This document shows positions 30,504-40,410 of a DNA stretch of 64,000 bases, piece after piece. The position numbers and the translations under genes are program-made. The notes beneath the pieces were generated by a model, which saw nothing but the letters and a program-made list of their open reading frames with translations, did no database searches and was not told where the DNA came from. The DNA lies in the NCBI GenBank assembly GCA_003213235.1, contig QCNJ01000005.1:6297-70296 (forward strand), in the 5' to 3' direction. Source of the DNA: Prochlorococcus sp. AG-424-P18 (GTDB lineage Bacteria; Cyanobacteriota; Cyanobacteriia; PCC-6307; Cyanobiaceae). How positions within the stretch are numbered: the first letter of the stretch is position 1; the number at the start of each line of letters is the position of its first letter.

Positions 30504-33110
30504 ATGAGCAATCCAAAAAACCAAAATAATATTTCAAGATATGTGAAACTTGAAGATTACAAAGTTTTTGATTATGAAATTCCAGAAATCTTTTTGGACT
30601 TCGTAATTAAGAAAAATGCTGTAAATATTACGACCAAACTAAAATTGTTAAAAAAAAATAAGAATAGCAAAAATCTAATTCTTGATGGTAAGGATATATT
30701 AATAAAAAAAATATTTATAGATGACTCACTACTCGGAAAGGAATTCTACCAACAGCAAAAAAATAACTTAAAAATAGAAAATATAAACAAAGATAATTTT
30801 TTATTAAAAATAGAAGGAATAATTAAACCGAAGGAAAATACATCCCTTTTAGGAATGTATGAGAGCAATGGAATTATAACTACTCAATGTGAGGCGGAGG
30901 GATTTAGAAGAATAAGTTTTCACTCTGATAGGCCTGATATTCTAAGCAAATACACCGTAAGAATTGAGGCAGACAAGAATGATTACCCTGTCTTACTTTC
31001 AAATGGTAACGTCGTAAAAGAAAGTAATCTTGCAAATAATCGACATGAAATAATTTGGGAAGACCCATATCCGAAACCCTCATATCTATTTGCATTGGTA
31101 GCAGGGAAGCTTAATTGTGTAAAAGACAATTTCATAACAAAATCGAATAAAAAAGTAAAAATAAATATTTATGTTGAGTATGGCGATGAAAAATATGTTC
31201 AACATGCAATAAGTTCCTTACAAAAATCTATGAAGTGGGACGAGGATAAATATAACCTTGAATACGATTTGTCATTGTTCAATATTGTTGCAGTCAGGCA
31301 CTTTAATATGGGAGCAATGGAAAATAAAAGTCTCAATATTTTTAACTCTAAACTAATACTCGCTAATTCTGAAACAACAACTGATGAAGAATTAGAAAGA
31401 ATAGAGGGTGTGATCGCCCATGAATACTTCCATAATTGGACGGGGAACAGAGTAACTTGTAGGGATTGGTTTCAACTATCTCTAAAAGAGGGCTTAACAG
31501 TATTTAGAGATCAACAATTCACTGCAGACATTCATAGTCGTGAAATCAAGAGACTTGATGATGCGAAATTTCTTATAAGAAATCAATTTAGAGAGGATTC
31601 TGGTCCAACATCACATCCTGTAATGCCAGAGAGATACCAAGAAATAGACAATTTCTATACGACCACGATTTACGAGAAAGGAGCAGAAATAATTAGAATG
31701 CTTAATAAGCTTGTAAAAGATGAAAATTTCTTTAGAGGATTTAGTAATTACATCTCAACATATGATGGAAAGGCAGCAACAATAGACCAATTTGTCGATA
31801 AAATTTTAGAGCACAATAAAGAAATTGATCCTGAAAAGTTTAAAATTTGGTATAAGCAAAATGGGACCCCAAAAATCAAATTCAAGAGAATCTGGGATCA
31901 AATAGGCGAAAAACTTACAATTGAAGCCTCACAAAGTAATCCAATAAGGAAGAACCCATATAATGATTTGCCTTTAATAATTCCTATAAATCTGGCTATA
32001 TTTTGCGGTGATAATAAAACGATAGAAAAAACAGTTGTTTTAAAAACAAAAAAACAAGAATTCATTTTTAGGAATATAAGATCTCACTTCCAAATCCCTT
32101 TTGTAACTTATTTTCGCGAGTTCTCTTCACCCGTTGAATGGGAATCAGACACTACCTTGAATGAAAAATTTTTAATCTTAAAATATGAAAAAGATTTTTT
32201 TACACTATCTAATACTGTAAAAGTATTTTATAAAAAAATTATTTTATGCAGATTAGATGGGAAACCAGATCATAAAATTGAAAATAAATTAATAAGCACC
32301 TTAATATCATTTATAAAAAATAAAGATATTAATTTATCCCTTTTATCAGAATTACTAAGTATTCCGACATTTGCTGAAATTGAATCAGAGATGGAAAATA
32401 TAGACCCTTTAAAGATATATAAAACTATTGACGAATTAAATAATTTTTTCGGTACCAAATTAAAAGAAGAATTACATTTTAAACTCCAAGAAATAGAGAA
32501 AAATCTAGATAAAGTTTGGCCAGAAGGTAAAAATGAAAGAAAACTAATCGAAACTATTTGGAGGCTACTCTTAAGCAGTAATGATAGGGAAATTAAAGGC
32601 AAAATAATTAATTTTGTCGATAGTAATTCGATGACGCTAGCAAAAGCTGCAATGAATTCATTCAGTAGAATTGATTGTCCTGAAAGAAAAATTATTTCAA
32701 ATATATTCTTCAATAAATGGAAAAATAATAGTGTCGTTTTGGATAGTTGGTTCTCATTTAATGCATCTATAGAAATTGATGAAAAAACAAGCAGCATTGA
32801 AAAATTATTTGAAAATAAGTTTTTTGATTCAAAATCACCAAACACTTTAAGAGCTATATTAAATACATTCGTAACAAGAAATAGTACTTTTCATGCAATT
32901 AATGGTTCTGGTTATAAATATATTGCAAAAAAGATAATTGAATTTGATAAATTAAACCCAATAGTAATTTCCCGTTTTGTAAAAGTATTTAGTAGATATA
33001 ATTATTATTCTGAACCTTACAAAAGTAATATGATAGAAACAATAAAACAGATTAAAAAAAATAAACTATCAAAAAACACTAAAGAAGTTTTAGATGCAAT
33101 AATAGAGTGA
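30504..33110 (+). CDS. pepN: Aminopeptidase N (M1)
   Basis: TQCEAEGFR, GAMEN, HEYFH..(18)..E, YEKGAE. Confidence 0.97.
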   Translation: MSNPKNQNNISRYVKLEDYKVFDYEIPEIFLDFVIKKNAVNITTKLKLLKKNKNSKNLILDGKDILIKKIFIDDSLLGKEFYQQQKNNLKIENINKDNFLLKIEGIIKPKENTSLLGMYESNGIITTQCEAEGFRRISFHSDRPDILSKYTVRIEADKNDYPVLLSNGNVVKESNLANNRHEIIWEDPYPKPSYLFALVAGKLNCVKDNFITKSNKKVKINIYVEYGDEKYVQHAISSLQKSMKWDEDKYNLEYDLSLFNIVAVRHFNMGAMENKSLNIFNSKLILANSETTTDEELERIEGVIAHEYFHNWTGNRVTCRDWFQLSLKEGLTVFRDQQFTADIHSREIKRLDDAKFLIRNQFREDSGPTSHPVMPERYQEIDNFYTTTIYEKGAEIIRMLNKLVKDENFFRGFSNYISTYDGKAATIDQFVDKILEHNKEIDPEKFKIWYKQNGTPKIKFKRIWDQIGEKLTIEASQSNPIRKNPYNDLPLIIPINLAIFCGDNKTIEKTVVLKTKKQEFIFRNIRSHFQIPFVTYFREFSSPVEWESDTTLNEKFLILKYEKDFFTLSNTVKVFYKKIILCRLDGKPDHKIENKLISTLISFIKNKDINLSLLSELLSIPTFAEIESEMENIDPLKIYKTIDELNNFFGTKLKEELHFKLQEIEKNLDKVWPEGKNERKLIETIWRLLLSSNDREIKGKIINFVDSNSMTLAKAAMNSFSRIDCPERKIISNIFFNKWKNNSVVLDSWFSFNASIEIDEKTSSIEKLFENKFFDSKSPNTLRAILNTFVTRNSTFHAINGSGYKYIAKKIIEFDKLNPIVISRFVKVFSRYNYYSEPYKSNMIETIKQIKKNKLSKNTKEVLDAIIE

Positions 33111-33124
33111 TTTTTTGATGATAT

Positions 33125-33346
33125 TTAACTAAATTTAATAATAACGATTGTAAATATTAATAATAAAATAAATACAATATATTTATTAATAAAAATATAA
33201 TTTAATACATTTTTATTATTATCTTTATTCCACTTTTTATTTACGTATTCCTTAGTTATAAATTTATTAGGTCTACCACAATACAAACATGTTGGAGAAG
33301 TTTTTAAAATTAAATTTTTACATTGGGGGCACTTTTTTTTTTCCAT
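33125..33346 (-). CDS. Zinc-ribbon small membrane protein
   Basis: CPQC...CLYCG plus C-terminal TM. Confidence 0.6.
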   Translation of the reverse strand: MEKKKCPQCKNLILKTSPTCLYCGRPNKFITKEYVNKKWNKDNNKNVLNYIFINKYIVFILLLIFTIVIIKFS

Positions 33347-33511
33347 AATTTAATCTTACTGAATAAAATTGAAATCAGAAACAATAAATAAAATAAGCAA
33401 TTTAAATTTTATTTACTATATATTGATTAATTAAATATCATTGCAAAAAATAAATTGATTCTAACAATTTAAAAAAATTCAATATAATAAAAAATTAGTT
33501 TTTGGTTTGAA

Positions 33512-33673
33512 ATGTTTGCTATTGCACTCGGAATGTCCCCTGTCGAAAAAATCACTGTTGTAATATCTGCTTCAATTTTTATAATAGCCTTTACATGGGT
33601 CTCTATTAAGGGAGATTTAAGAAAACTTGCTAATGAACTAATTGAAGATAATGAAAATAATCAGGATAATTAA
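33512..33673 (+). CDS. Small single-TM protein, 53 aa (not in ORF track)
   Basis: MFAIALGMSPVEKITVVISASIFIIAFTWVSIKGDLRKLANELIEDNENNQDN. Confidence 0.55.
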   Translation: MFAIALGMSPVEKITVVISASIFIIAFTWVSIKGDLRKLANELIEDNENNQDN

Positions 33674-33680
33674 AAAAAAC

Positions 33681-33881
33681 CTACTTTGCATGCAAGCTAG
33701 GATAGTCAATAATATGCCTAATTTCTTTAAGAGAAGAGCCATAGATTTTTTCACCATTTAAGTGAACCCCAATCCATTTTTCCTTTTGATTAAAAAAATT
33801 ATTTTTAATAGTATCCCTCTCGAGATAATCTTTATTATCCCAATTTAAAGTTATATCCCAACCTTTATAATTTTCTATCAT
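33681..33881 (-). CDS. Hypothetical protein
   Basis: 66-aa ORF. Confidence 0.55.
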   Translation of the reverse strand: MIENYKGWDITLNWDNKDYLERDTIKNNFFNQKEKWIGVHLNGEKIYGSSLKEIRHIIDYPSLHAK

Positions 33882-33974
33882 TGAGAAAGAGAGAACATAC
33901 TTAAATAATACTCAGAGAGACACTTAACAAAAACAAAGGAAATAAGTATTTTTTTCGTTATTTTTATTTAATAT

Positions 33975-35150
33975 TTATGTAGTACTGACTTTTATTTTAA
34001 GAGCAGCTTCATCTGCATTTTTTCTAGCCAAATTAATGTCAGAATTTGATGAGAGAACAACACCCATTCTTCTGCCTTTTCTGGAAACTGGTTTGCCAAA
34101 TATGAGCACTTTGGTCTTTTCAATTTCTAATGCTTCATTAAGACCCTCATAAATAGGATTTAGATACTCTTCGTTAGAGAGTATAACTCTGGTTGCAGAG
34201 GGCTCTATTAGATCTATACACGGTATTGGTAAATTTAAAAAAGCCCTTAAATGTAATTCAAATTCATTAATATTTTGACTTACTAACGTAACCATACCAG
34301 TGTCGTGTGGTCTTGGAGATAATTCTGAAAATATAACCTCACTTCCTTTTATAAAAAATTCTACTCCGTATAATCCAGCTCCATTAAGGTTATTTAATAT
34401 TCTACTTGTCATTCTCTTAGCTTCAATAATTAAGGACTCTTTGATCTCTATAGGTTGCCAACTACATTGATAGTCTCCATTAGATTGTAGATGTCCAATT
34501 GGTAAACAAAAAATATTTTCGCCATTTTCTTTTCTTACAGTTAGAAGCGTAAATTCAAAATCAAAATTAATAAATTCTTCAATAATTACACCTTTAACCT
34601 TTCCTCTTGAATTTTCTTGTGATTGCTTCCAAGCATTTTGTAAATCATTTTTTGATTCGACCAAACTCTGTCCCTTTCCCGAAGAGCTCATTAAAGGCTT
34701 CAGTAAAAGTGGAAATCCAATTTCATCTGCTTTTTTTTCTAAATCATCAAATTCAAAAATATAATCAAACTTTGCAGTTTTTATTTTTAAATCTCTAGAA
34801 GCTAAGTCTCTAATTTTATCTCTATTCATTGTAATTTCTACAGTTCTGGCGTTGGGAACAATATTGAATCCTTCATCCTCTAGTTCTTTTAAAGCCTCAA
34901 TTGAAAGTGCCTCTATTTCTGGGACAACATAGTCAGGCTTAAATTCTTTTATAACATTTTTTAAAATATTTTTATCTCCCATATCAATTACTCTTGAAAA
35001 ATCAGCAACTTGCATTGCCGGTGCTTTTTCATATCGATCAATTGCAATAACTTCTAATCCTAATCTTTTGGATTCTATTACTAATTCTTTTCCAAGCTCG
35101 CCACTACCAAGCAATAAAATTCTCTTTTTAGAAAAAATTGATTCTTTCAT
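33975..35150 (-). CDS. purT: Formate-dependent phosphoribosylglycinamide formyltransferase
   Basis: LLGSGELGKE, KPLMSSSGKGQS, SPRPHDTGMVT, RRMGV. Confidence 0.97.
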   Translation of the reverse strand: MKESIFSKKRILLLGSGELGKELVIESKRLGLEVIAIDRYEKAPAMQVADFSRVIDMGDKNILKNVIKEFKPDYVVPEIEALSIEALKELEDEGFNIVPNARTVEITMNRDKIRDLASRDLKIKTAKFDYIFEFDDLEKKADEIGFPLLLKPLMSSSGKGQSLVESKNDLQNAWKQSQENSRGKVKGVIIEEFINFDFEFTLLTVRKENGENIFCLPIGHLQSNGDYQCSWQPIEIKESLIIEAKRMTSRILNNLNGAGLYGVEFFIKGSEVIFSELSPRPHDTGMVTLVSQNINEFELHLRAFLNLPIPCIDLIEPSATRVILSNEEYLNPIYEGLNEALEIEKTKVLIFGKPVSRKGRRMGVVLSSNSDINLARKNADEAALKIKVSTT

Positions 35151-35161
35151 ATATATAAAAC

Positions 35162-35404
35162 TTATTCGTCATCACCAGAAGGTTGTGAAGATGTATCGTC
35201 TGTAATTTTTTTATCTTGAGAATAATTAAATAAAAAGTTTCTACCAAACCAATTTTGACTTCGGATACTATTAGTTATTGATCTTGAAACTGCACCTATA
35301 AAAAAGACTCCAATCATTGCCCAAATAATTCTTTCTAAAGCAATTGCAGGTGAAAAACCCTGCCCGGAATTAATAATTTCAGAAAGTGGGTCTAAAGAGT
35401 CCAA
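35162..35404 (-). CDS. Hypothetical small membrane protein
   Basis: 80 aa, one TM, TTG start. Confidence 0.6.
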   Translation of the reverse strand: MDSLDPLSEIINSGQGFSPAIALERIIWAMIGVFFIGAVSRSITNSIRSQNWFGRNFLFNYSQDKKITDDTSSQPSGDDE

Positions 35405-35549
35405 ATTTAGAATAATTAATAATATTAATTATAAATGGTTAGATAAATAAAAAATTAAAACTTTTAAAATAAATTACCAAAATCATCATATAAATTAAAC
35501 ACAATAAAGTCTATACAATGCTATCTTCAAAGGGTGATTTTTTTTAGAC

Positions 35550-36029
35550 ATGCAAGTTGACGTGCAAAATACTACTGTTCTTTCTGCAGACGGATCCTCT
35601 ATAAAACTAGGTGAATATTCAGGGGAAGTAATTTTAGTTGTTAATGTAGCTAGCTATTGTGGAAATACCGCTCAGTATGAGGATCTTCAAAAGCTACATG
35701 ATTTATATTCAAGCAAAGGCCTAAGAATACTTGCATTCCCTTGTAATGATTTCGGGAAACAAGAACCTGACCCACTTTCAGAAATAAAAGATTTTTGCAC
35801 AACCAAATATGGAGTCAAGTTTGAAATATACGAAAAAGTTCATGCCAAAGGCAACACCACAGAACCATACACAACCCTTAACAAAGTTGAGCCTGAAGGA
35901 GATGTTGAATGGAATTTCGAAAAATTTCTTATAGGAAAAAATAGTAAAGTGATAGCGAGATTCAAACCAGGTATTAAACCGTTTGACGAAAACTTAATAG
36001 CAGCTATCGAAGTAGCTTTAGATTCATAA
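35550..36029 (+). CDS. Glutathione peroxidase family protein
   Basis: VNVASYCG, AFPCNDFGKQEP, WNFEKFLI. Confidence 0.95.
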   Translation: MQVDVQNTTVLSADGSSIKLGEYSGEVILVVNVASYCGNTAQYEDLQKLHDLYSSKGLRILAFPCNDFGKQEPDPLSEIKDFCTTKYGVKFEIYEKVHAKGNTTEPYTTLNKVEPEGDVEWNFEKFLIGKNSKVIARFKPGIKPFDENLIAAIEVALDS

Positions 36030-36166
36030 CAATCTTCTTATAGTTCAAATTAAAATATTAAAAATAAAAACTCTTTATATTGAATTAAAAAATAACCAAA
36101 TTATTCCAGAAAATATTCTATTTTTAGAATTCAATCCCTTCATCTCTTTTAATTTAATTTAGAATC

Positions 36167-36634
36167 TTATTTATTATCAGAGTCGATTTCTACGTCTATT
36201 ATCTCATCTTTAACTGTACTTTTTTTCGGTTTAATTGATTTTACCTCTGGCTCTATTTTTTCTTCCTTAACTTGACTTTCTTCTGATTCCTCTGACTTTA
36301 ATTCTGCCTCAATAATTTTTTCTTTAACTTCACTTTCTTCTGATTCCTCTGACTTTACTTCTGTCTCAATAATTTCTTCTTTAACTTCACTTTCTTCTGA
36401 TTCGTCTGACTTTAATTCTGCCTCAATAATTTTTTCTTTAACTTCACTTTCTTTTGATTCCTCTAATTTTACTTTTGAATTTTCTAAAATTTGATTTTCT
36501 TCTTTACTTAAAAGAAATTTTAAAAATTTTTTAAACAAGAAGAAACCTTTTTCAATTCTTTTTGTACCTAAGATTGAAAGCAAAACGACTAAAATTATGA
36601 ATATTTCAGGTGAATTTAAACCTAATAGTTTCAT
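36167..36634 (-). CDS. TatA/TatB-like membrane protein with acidic repeat tail
   Basis: N-terminus LGLNSPEIFIILVVLLSILGTKRI matches the Tat TM-hinge pattern; Glu-rich repeats follow. Confidence 0.65.
   Translation of the reverse strand: MKLLGLNSPEIFIILVVLLSILGTKRIEKGFFLFKKFLKFLLSKEENQILENSKVKLEESKESEVKEKIIEAELKSDESEESEVKEEIIETEVKSEESEESEVKEKIIEAELKSEESEESQVKEEKIEPEVKSIKPKKSTVKDEIIDVEIDSDNK
36236..36451 (-). repeat. In-frame 57-bp tandem repeat, about 3.8 copies
   Basis: Units ESEVKEKIIEAELKSDESE / ESEVKEEIIETEVKSEESE / ESEVKEKIIEAELKSEESE / ESQVKEEKIEPEVKS. Confidence 0.9.
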
Positions 36635-36681
36635 AAAGTTTTATATTCTTTTTTTATTTTAGTACATGCTAAAAATTTAAT

Positions 36682-37074
36682 CTAATTATTCTCAAAAGTT
36701 GGTAAATAAAGTTCCCTATTTGATGCAATTAAACCCTCTTCTTTAAAAAACATCTCTAGGTCTTTTAAATCATTTATATCTACAAATTCCCCACAATTAT
36801 CTAATATATTATTATGGGTGAAATTCCATAAATCATCCAAATATTTGTCATCGTCTGGAAAAGCTACAAATTTTAGATATGTGTTATTCAAAGCATATTC
36901 ACTAGCAAAATCAGAATCTAATCCTTCCCTTTTAGCATCACAAAAAACTTTAGCAAATCTTTTGCCTACGGAAGTTTGAGCACTCGATAAATCTAAATTA
37001 CCTTGAATAGCTTTTACATTTATTGGTGAAATAAAAATAATTATTGGAAGAATAATAGATACTAATATAAACAA
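36682..37074 (-). CDS. Hypothetical secreted protein
   Basis: Signal peptide ending VKA, two Cys; resembles 17686..18087. Confidence 0.7.
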   Translation of the reverse strand: MFILVSIILPIIIFISPINVKAIQGNLDLSSAQTSVGKRFAKVFCDAKREGLDSDFASEYALNNTYLKFVAFPDDDKYLDDLWNFTHNNILDNCGEFVDINDLKDLEMFFKEEGLIASNRELYLPTFENN

Positions 37075-37246
37075 GAAAATTTTTCCTTTTTTAATTTAAA
37101 CTCGATATAAACTAGCAAAAAAAGTAATCAATTAGGCCTATTTAAGTAAAAGCACTTATTGAAAATTAAATAAATAAATAGAAAACAGAAACTCAACTTC
37201 ATATCGGAATTTATAATAAAGAAAGATTAAATAAATTCAAAATTAT

Positions 37247-38254
37247 ATGTCATCAAATATAAAGCTAAAAGGAAGGGGCGTTAACAGGATAATTACTAGT
37301 AAGGTAATGCTATCTCCATTAGCAGGAGTTACGGATATTATTTTTAGACGACTTGTACGTAAATGGGCTCCGAACTCTTTACTTTTTACAGAAATGATAA
37401 ATGCCACAAGTCTTAAAAAAGGATTTGGAACACAAAAAATTAGTCAATTAGATTTAGAAGAAGGCCCAGTTGGAGTACAAATATTTGATAATAGACCATA
37501 TGCTGTTTCTGAAGCCGCGAAACAAGCAGAGGACTCTGGAGCTTTCTTAATTGATATTAATATGGGGTGTCCAGTAAAAAAAATCGCAAAGAAAGGTGGA
37601 GGCAGTGCCTTAATAAAAGACCGAAAACTTGCTATAGAATTAGTTAAAAATGTCGTAAAAGCTGTCAAAGTTCCAGTTACAGTAAAAACACGGCTCGGAT
37701 GGGATAGTAAAGAAGAAAATATAGAGGATTTTTTATTAAAGCTTCAAGATGCGGGAGCAACAATGATCACAATTCATGGAAGAACAAGAAAACAAGGTTT
37801 TTCAGGCAAGTCTGATTGGGAAATGATAGGAAGACTTAAAAAGTTATTGGAAATTCCAGTAATTGCTAATGGAGATATCAAAAATCCAGATGACGCTCTT
37901 AATTGTTTAAAAAAAACGAATGCTGATGGGATAATGATTGGACGAGGGATTTTAGGATCCCCATGGAAAATAGGAGAACTAGATTATGCCATTAGAGAGA
38001 ATAAAAATTTTAAAGAGCCGAACACAGAAGAAAAACTATATTTAATTATTGAGCATCTTGATGAATTAATTAAAGAGAAAGGAGATCACGGCTTGCTAAT
38101 TGCCAGGAAACATATCTCATGGACATGTAAAGACTTTAAAGGTGCATCAAATTTGAGAAATAATTTGGTTAGAGCTGTTGATAAAAATGAAGTTAAAAAT
38201 TTAATAAATAAAATGATTAAAACTTTGAATAATGGAAAAAATACATTAGCTTAA
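37247..38254 (+). CDS. dusB: tRNA-dihydrouridine synthase B
   Basis: LSPLAGVTD, IDINMGCP, VKTRLGW, IHGRT, ANGDI, MIGRG. Confidence 0.93.
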   Translation: MSSNIKLKGRGVNRIITSKVMLSPLAGVTDIIFRRLVRKWAPNSLLFTEMINATSLKKGFGTQKISQLDLEEGPVGVQIFDNRPYAVSEAAKQAEDSGAFLIDINMGCPVKKIAKKGGGSALIKDRKLAIELVKNVVKAVKVPVTVKTRLGWDSKEENIEDFLLKLQDAGATMITIHGRTRKQGFSGKSDWEMIGRLKKLLEIPVIANGDIKNPDDALNCLKKTNADGIMIGRGILGSPWKIGELDYAIRENKNFKEPNTEEKLYLIIEHLDELIKEKGDHGLLIARKHISWTCKDFKGASNLRNNLVRAVDKNEVKNLINKMIKTLNNGKNTLA

Positions 38255-38272
38255 TACAAATTCATTCTTTAA

Positions 38273-38530
38273 ATGAAAATTATTAGTAAAGAAACAAGTA
38301 AAAGAGTTTGTGATCATATGAACAATGATCACATTGATTCTGTTCACAAATACCTTATTCATTATGGAAAGATTTCAAGATTTGAGAATGCATATATGGA
38401 AGAAATTAATAACAGTTATATTAAAATCAATTATGATGGTCAGTCAGCAATTATCAATTTTAAAAATGAAATATCTGAAGAAGAAATTCATTCAACTTTA
38501 GTATCAATGATTAAAGACATTAAAAAATAA
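38273..38530 (+). CDS. DUF2470 domain protein
   Basis: CDHMNNDH motif. Confidence 0.8.
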   Translation: MKIISKETSKRVCDHMNNDHIDSVHKYLIHYGKISRFENAYMEEINNSYIKINYDGQSAIINFKNEISEEEIHSTLVSMIKDIKK

Positions 38531-38549
38531 AAAAATTTATAAAAAAATT

Positions 38550-38714
38550 CTAATTTTTATCTTCATAGTAATCAGTTATCTTTTTACATTCTTCAAATGA
38601 AAGCATGCTTAATGTAGATGTGGCTTTTATTTTTAGAATTGCACAAACAGCTAATAAATCAGCGCTATCAACATTAAGTGCTTTAGAAAGCTCTAGAACC
38701 CTAAGACCTTTCAT
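38550..38714 (-). CDS. Stand-alone IF2 N-terminal-domain-like protein, 54 aa (not in ORF track)
   Basis: MKGLRVLELSKALNVDSADLLAVCAILKIKATSTLSMLSFEECKKITDYYEDKN fits the RV.ELA..L....DL...C..L.I...S..S.L IF2_N pattern. Confidence 0.75.
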   Translation of the reverse strand: MKGLRVLELSKALNVDSADLLAVCAILKIKATSTLSMLSFEECKKITDYYEDKN

Positions 38715-38758
38715 TAGTATTTAAAAAATCTTTTTCTAAATTATCAAGAACCTTGAAA

Positions 38759-38995
38759 TCAATGGGCTGCATTTTTTCCCAAACCTGCAACGAATGGAAA
38801 AGTTTGTTCATCACCAAAAATATCTTCTGCTGAAGAATTAGAAATATTATTTTTTTTATTATCAGGTTTAATTTCTTCAATTTCATTAGAAATATTATCT
38901 TTGATGTTATTTTCAATTTCTTTTGCTAATAAATTATTCGTATTAGAAAATATTGAAAAAACTAATAAACACAAAAACAAAATAATTCTTTTCAT
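38759..38995 (-). CDS. Small secreted hypothetical protein
   Basis: Signal peptide; C-terminal DIFGDEQTFPFVAGLGKNAAH. Confidence 0.7.
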   Translation of the reverse strand: MKRIILFLCLLVFSIFSNTNNLLAKEIENNIKDNISNEIEEIKPDNKKNNISNSSAEDIFGDEQTFPFVAGLGKNAAH

Positions 38996-39096
38996 AAAAT
39001 AAATTTATCTAATACTATTGTCATATGCCAATAAAATTATTTAGAAAAACTAGTTAATTTTAAAACAAATCTAAATAAATCAAAATAAAAAAATAT

Positions 39097-39333
39097 TCAT
39101 CTTCCCAACTTATTTCTATTTTTAAATCTAATTAAAAAATAAAGACCTAGTAAAAAAAGAATTGCCAAGGAGTACTGATTAAGAAAAACATAAACTATAT
39201 ATACGAGAAATGGGAACAAGCACGCCCTCTTAAAATTTAATTTCTGTTCCTTTGACATACTTTTCCAATTTAAATATTCTTCCCATTGAAAAATCTTCTT
39301 CATTTTTCTACTTCTATTTTTACGATTAAACAT
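39097..39333 (-). CDS. Hypothetical membrane protein
   Basis: 78 aa, TM hairpin. Confidence 0.55.
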   Translation of the reverse strand: MFNRKNRSRKMKKIFQWEEYLNWKSMSKEQKLNFKRACLFPFLVYIVYVFLNQYSLAILFLLGLYFLIRFKNRNKLGR

Positions 39334-39439
39334 AACTTTATAAATATAGTCTTGATGATTCTTATGTTAATAAACAAAATTAATCTACAATATCAAAATA
39401 AGTTTTTTTCATTGAATAAAAATATTTTTTAAATAAAAG

Positions 39440-39859
39440 ATGAACTCAAAACCAGTTTGGAAAATAGAAAAAATTGTTTTACCTCAAGATGCAGATCATG
39501 CAGGAGTGATGTGGCACGGTAAATATTTTAATTGGCTTGAAGAAAGCCGAATAAATGCACTCTCGGAAGTAGGTATAAGTTATTTCGAACTAACTAAAAA
39601 TGGCTTAGATTTACCTTTAATCAATACTTCAATAAAATATAAATCTCCTTTATTTCTTGGTGAAAAAATAATAATCGAGAGCGAATTCAATATTGATAAA
39701 AGTCCTAGGATTAATGTAATTTCAAAATTTCTTAACATGAAAAATGAAATCTTAACTATTGCTGAAGTCAATTTAGTTTTAATAAATAAACTGAATTTTT
39801 CTATAATAAGAAAAAGGCCAGATTTCCTATCGAAAGCATTTTTTAAATTAAACGGTTGA
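39440..39859 (+). CDS. Acyl-CoA thioesterase (4HBT/YbgC hotdog family)
   Basis: DADHAGVMWHGKYFNWLEESR. Confidence 0.88.
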   Translation: MNSKPVWKIEKIVLPQDADHAGVMWHGKYFNWLEESRINALSEVGISYFELTKNGLDLPLINTSIKYKSPLFLGEKIIIESEFNIDKSPRINVISKFLNMKNEILTIAEVNLVLINKLNFSIIRKRPDFLSKAFFKLNG

Positions 39860-39901
39860 AACTATTATCCGCCAATTGAATGATTTATTAGATTATTAAT
39901 T

Positions 39902-40099
39902 ATGAATATATTTCAAGTTATTGATTCTTATCAATATGAAATGGAATCAAGATATCAAGAAAAATCAATGCTTACAAATCTTTTTACAGAGCACAAATTT
40001 ATAGGATGGTTAGGGTTGTTTATGGTATTTTTCTCTATCTTTGCAATTATTGTTTTTCAATTTCTTGAGTGGGAAAGTAATGACAATAATAAAAGTTAA
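39902..40099 (+). CDS. Small membrane hypothetical protein
   Basis: 65 aa, one TM. Confidence 0.65.
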   Translation: MNIFQVIDSYQYEMESRYQEKSMLTNLFTEHKFIGWLGLFMVFFSIFAIIVFQFLEWESNDNNKS

Positions 40100-40139
40100 G
40101 AAGATTTAATGCTTATAATTCAACTGAATGAATTAAAAA

Positions 40140-40391
40140 ATGGCTATCTACTTAAAAATAACTAACCCTACAGAGGTTGTAAAAAAAAAGACTTCAAAAT
40201 GGCTTACAGATATTACACCTGAAAGAATTGATAGAAAATTGGTCGAGGATGAAGTAATTAAAGGCATTATCGAGCAATTAACATTAGAAGGCATAAAAGG
40301 AGAAATATCAGCAATTAATGGTTTTGAAGTAAATGAATCGTCAGTAATAACAAAAAATAATTTTGTTATTAGAAAAACAAAAACTTTTTAG
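40140..40391 (+). CDS. Conserved hypothetical protein
   Basis: 83-aa ORF. Confidence 0.7.
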   Translation: MAIYLKITNPTEVVKKKTSKWLTDITPERIDRKLVEDEVIKGIIEQLTLEGIKGEISAINGFEVNESSVITKNNFVIRKTKTF

Positions 40392-40410
40392 ATCGAAAAT
40401 AAAATCTTAA

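Noticed and set aside
32270-32845. 191-aa minus-strand ORF inside pepN
   Set aside because: Antisense shadow produced by codon bias; F/L/S/I-rich with no family signal.
36236-36451. Tandem repeats as a CRISPR array
   Set aside because: The repeats are contiguous, in frame and coding, with no spacers and no cas genes.
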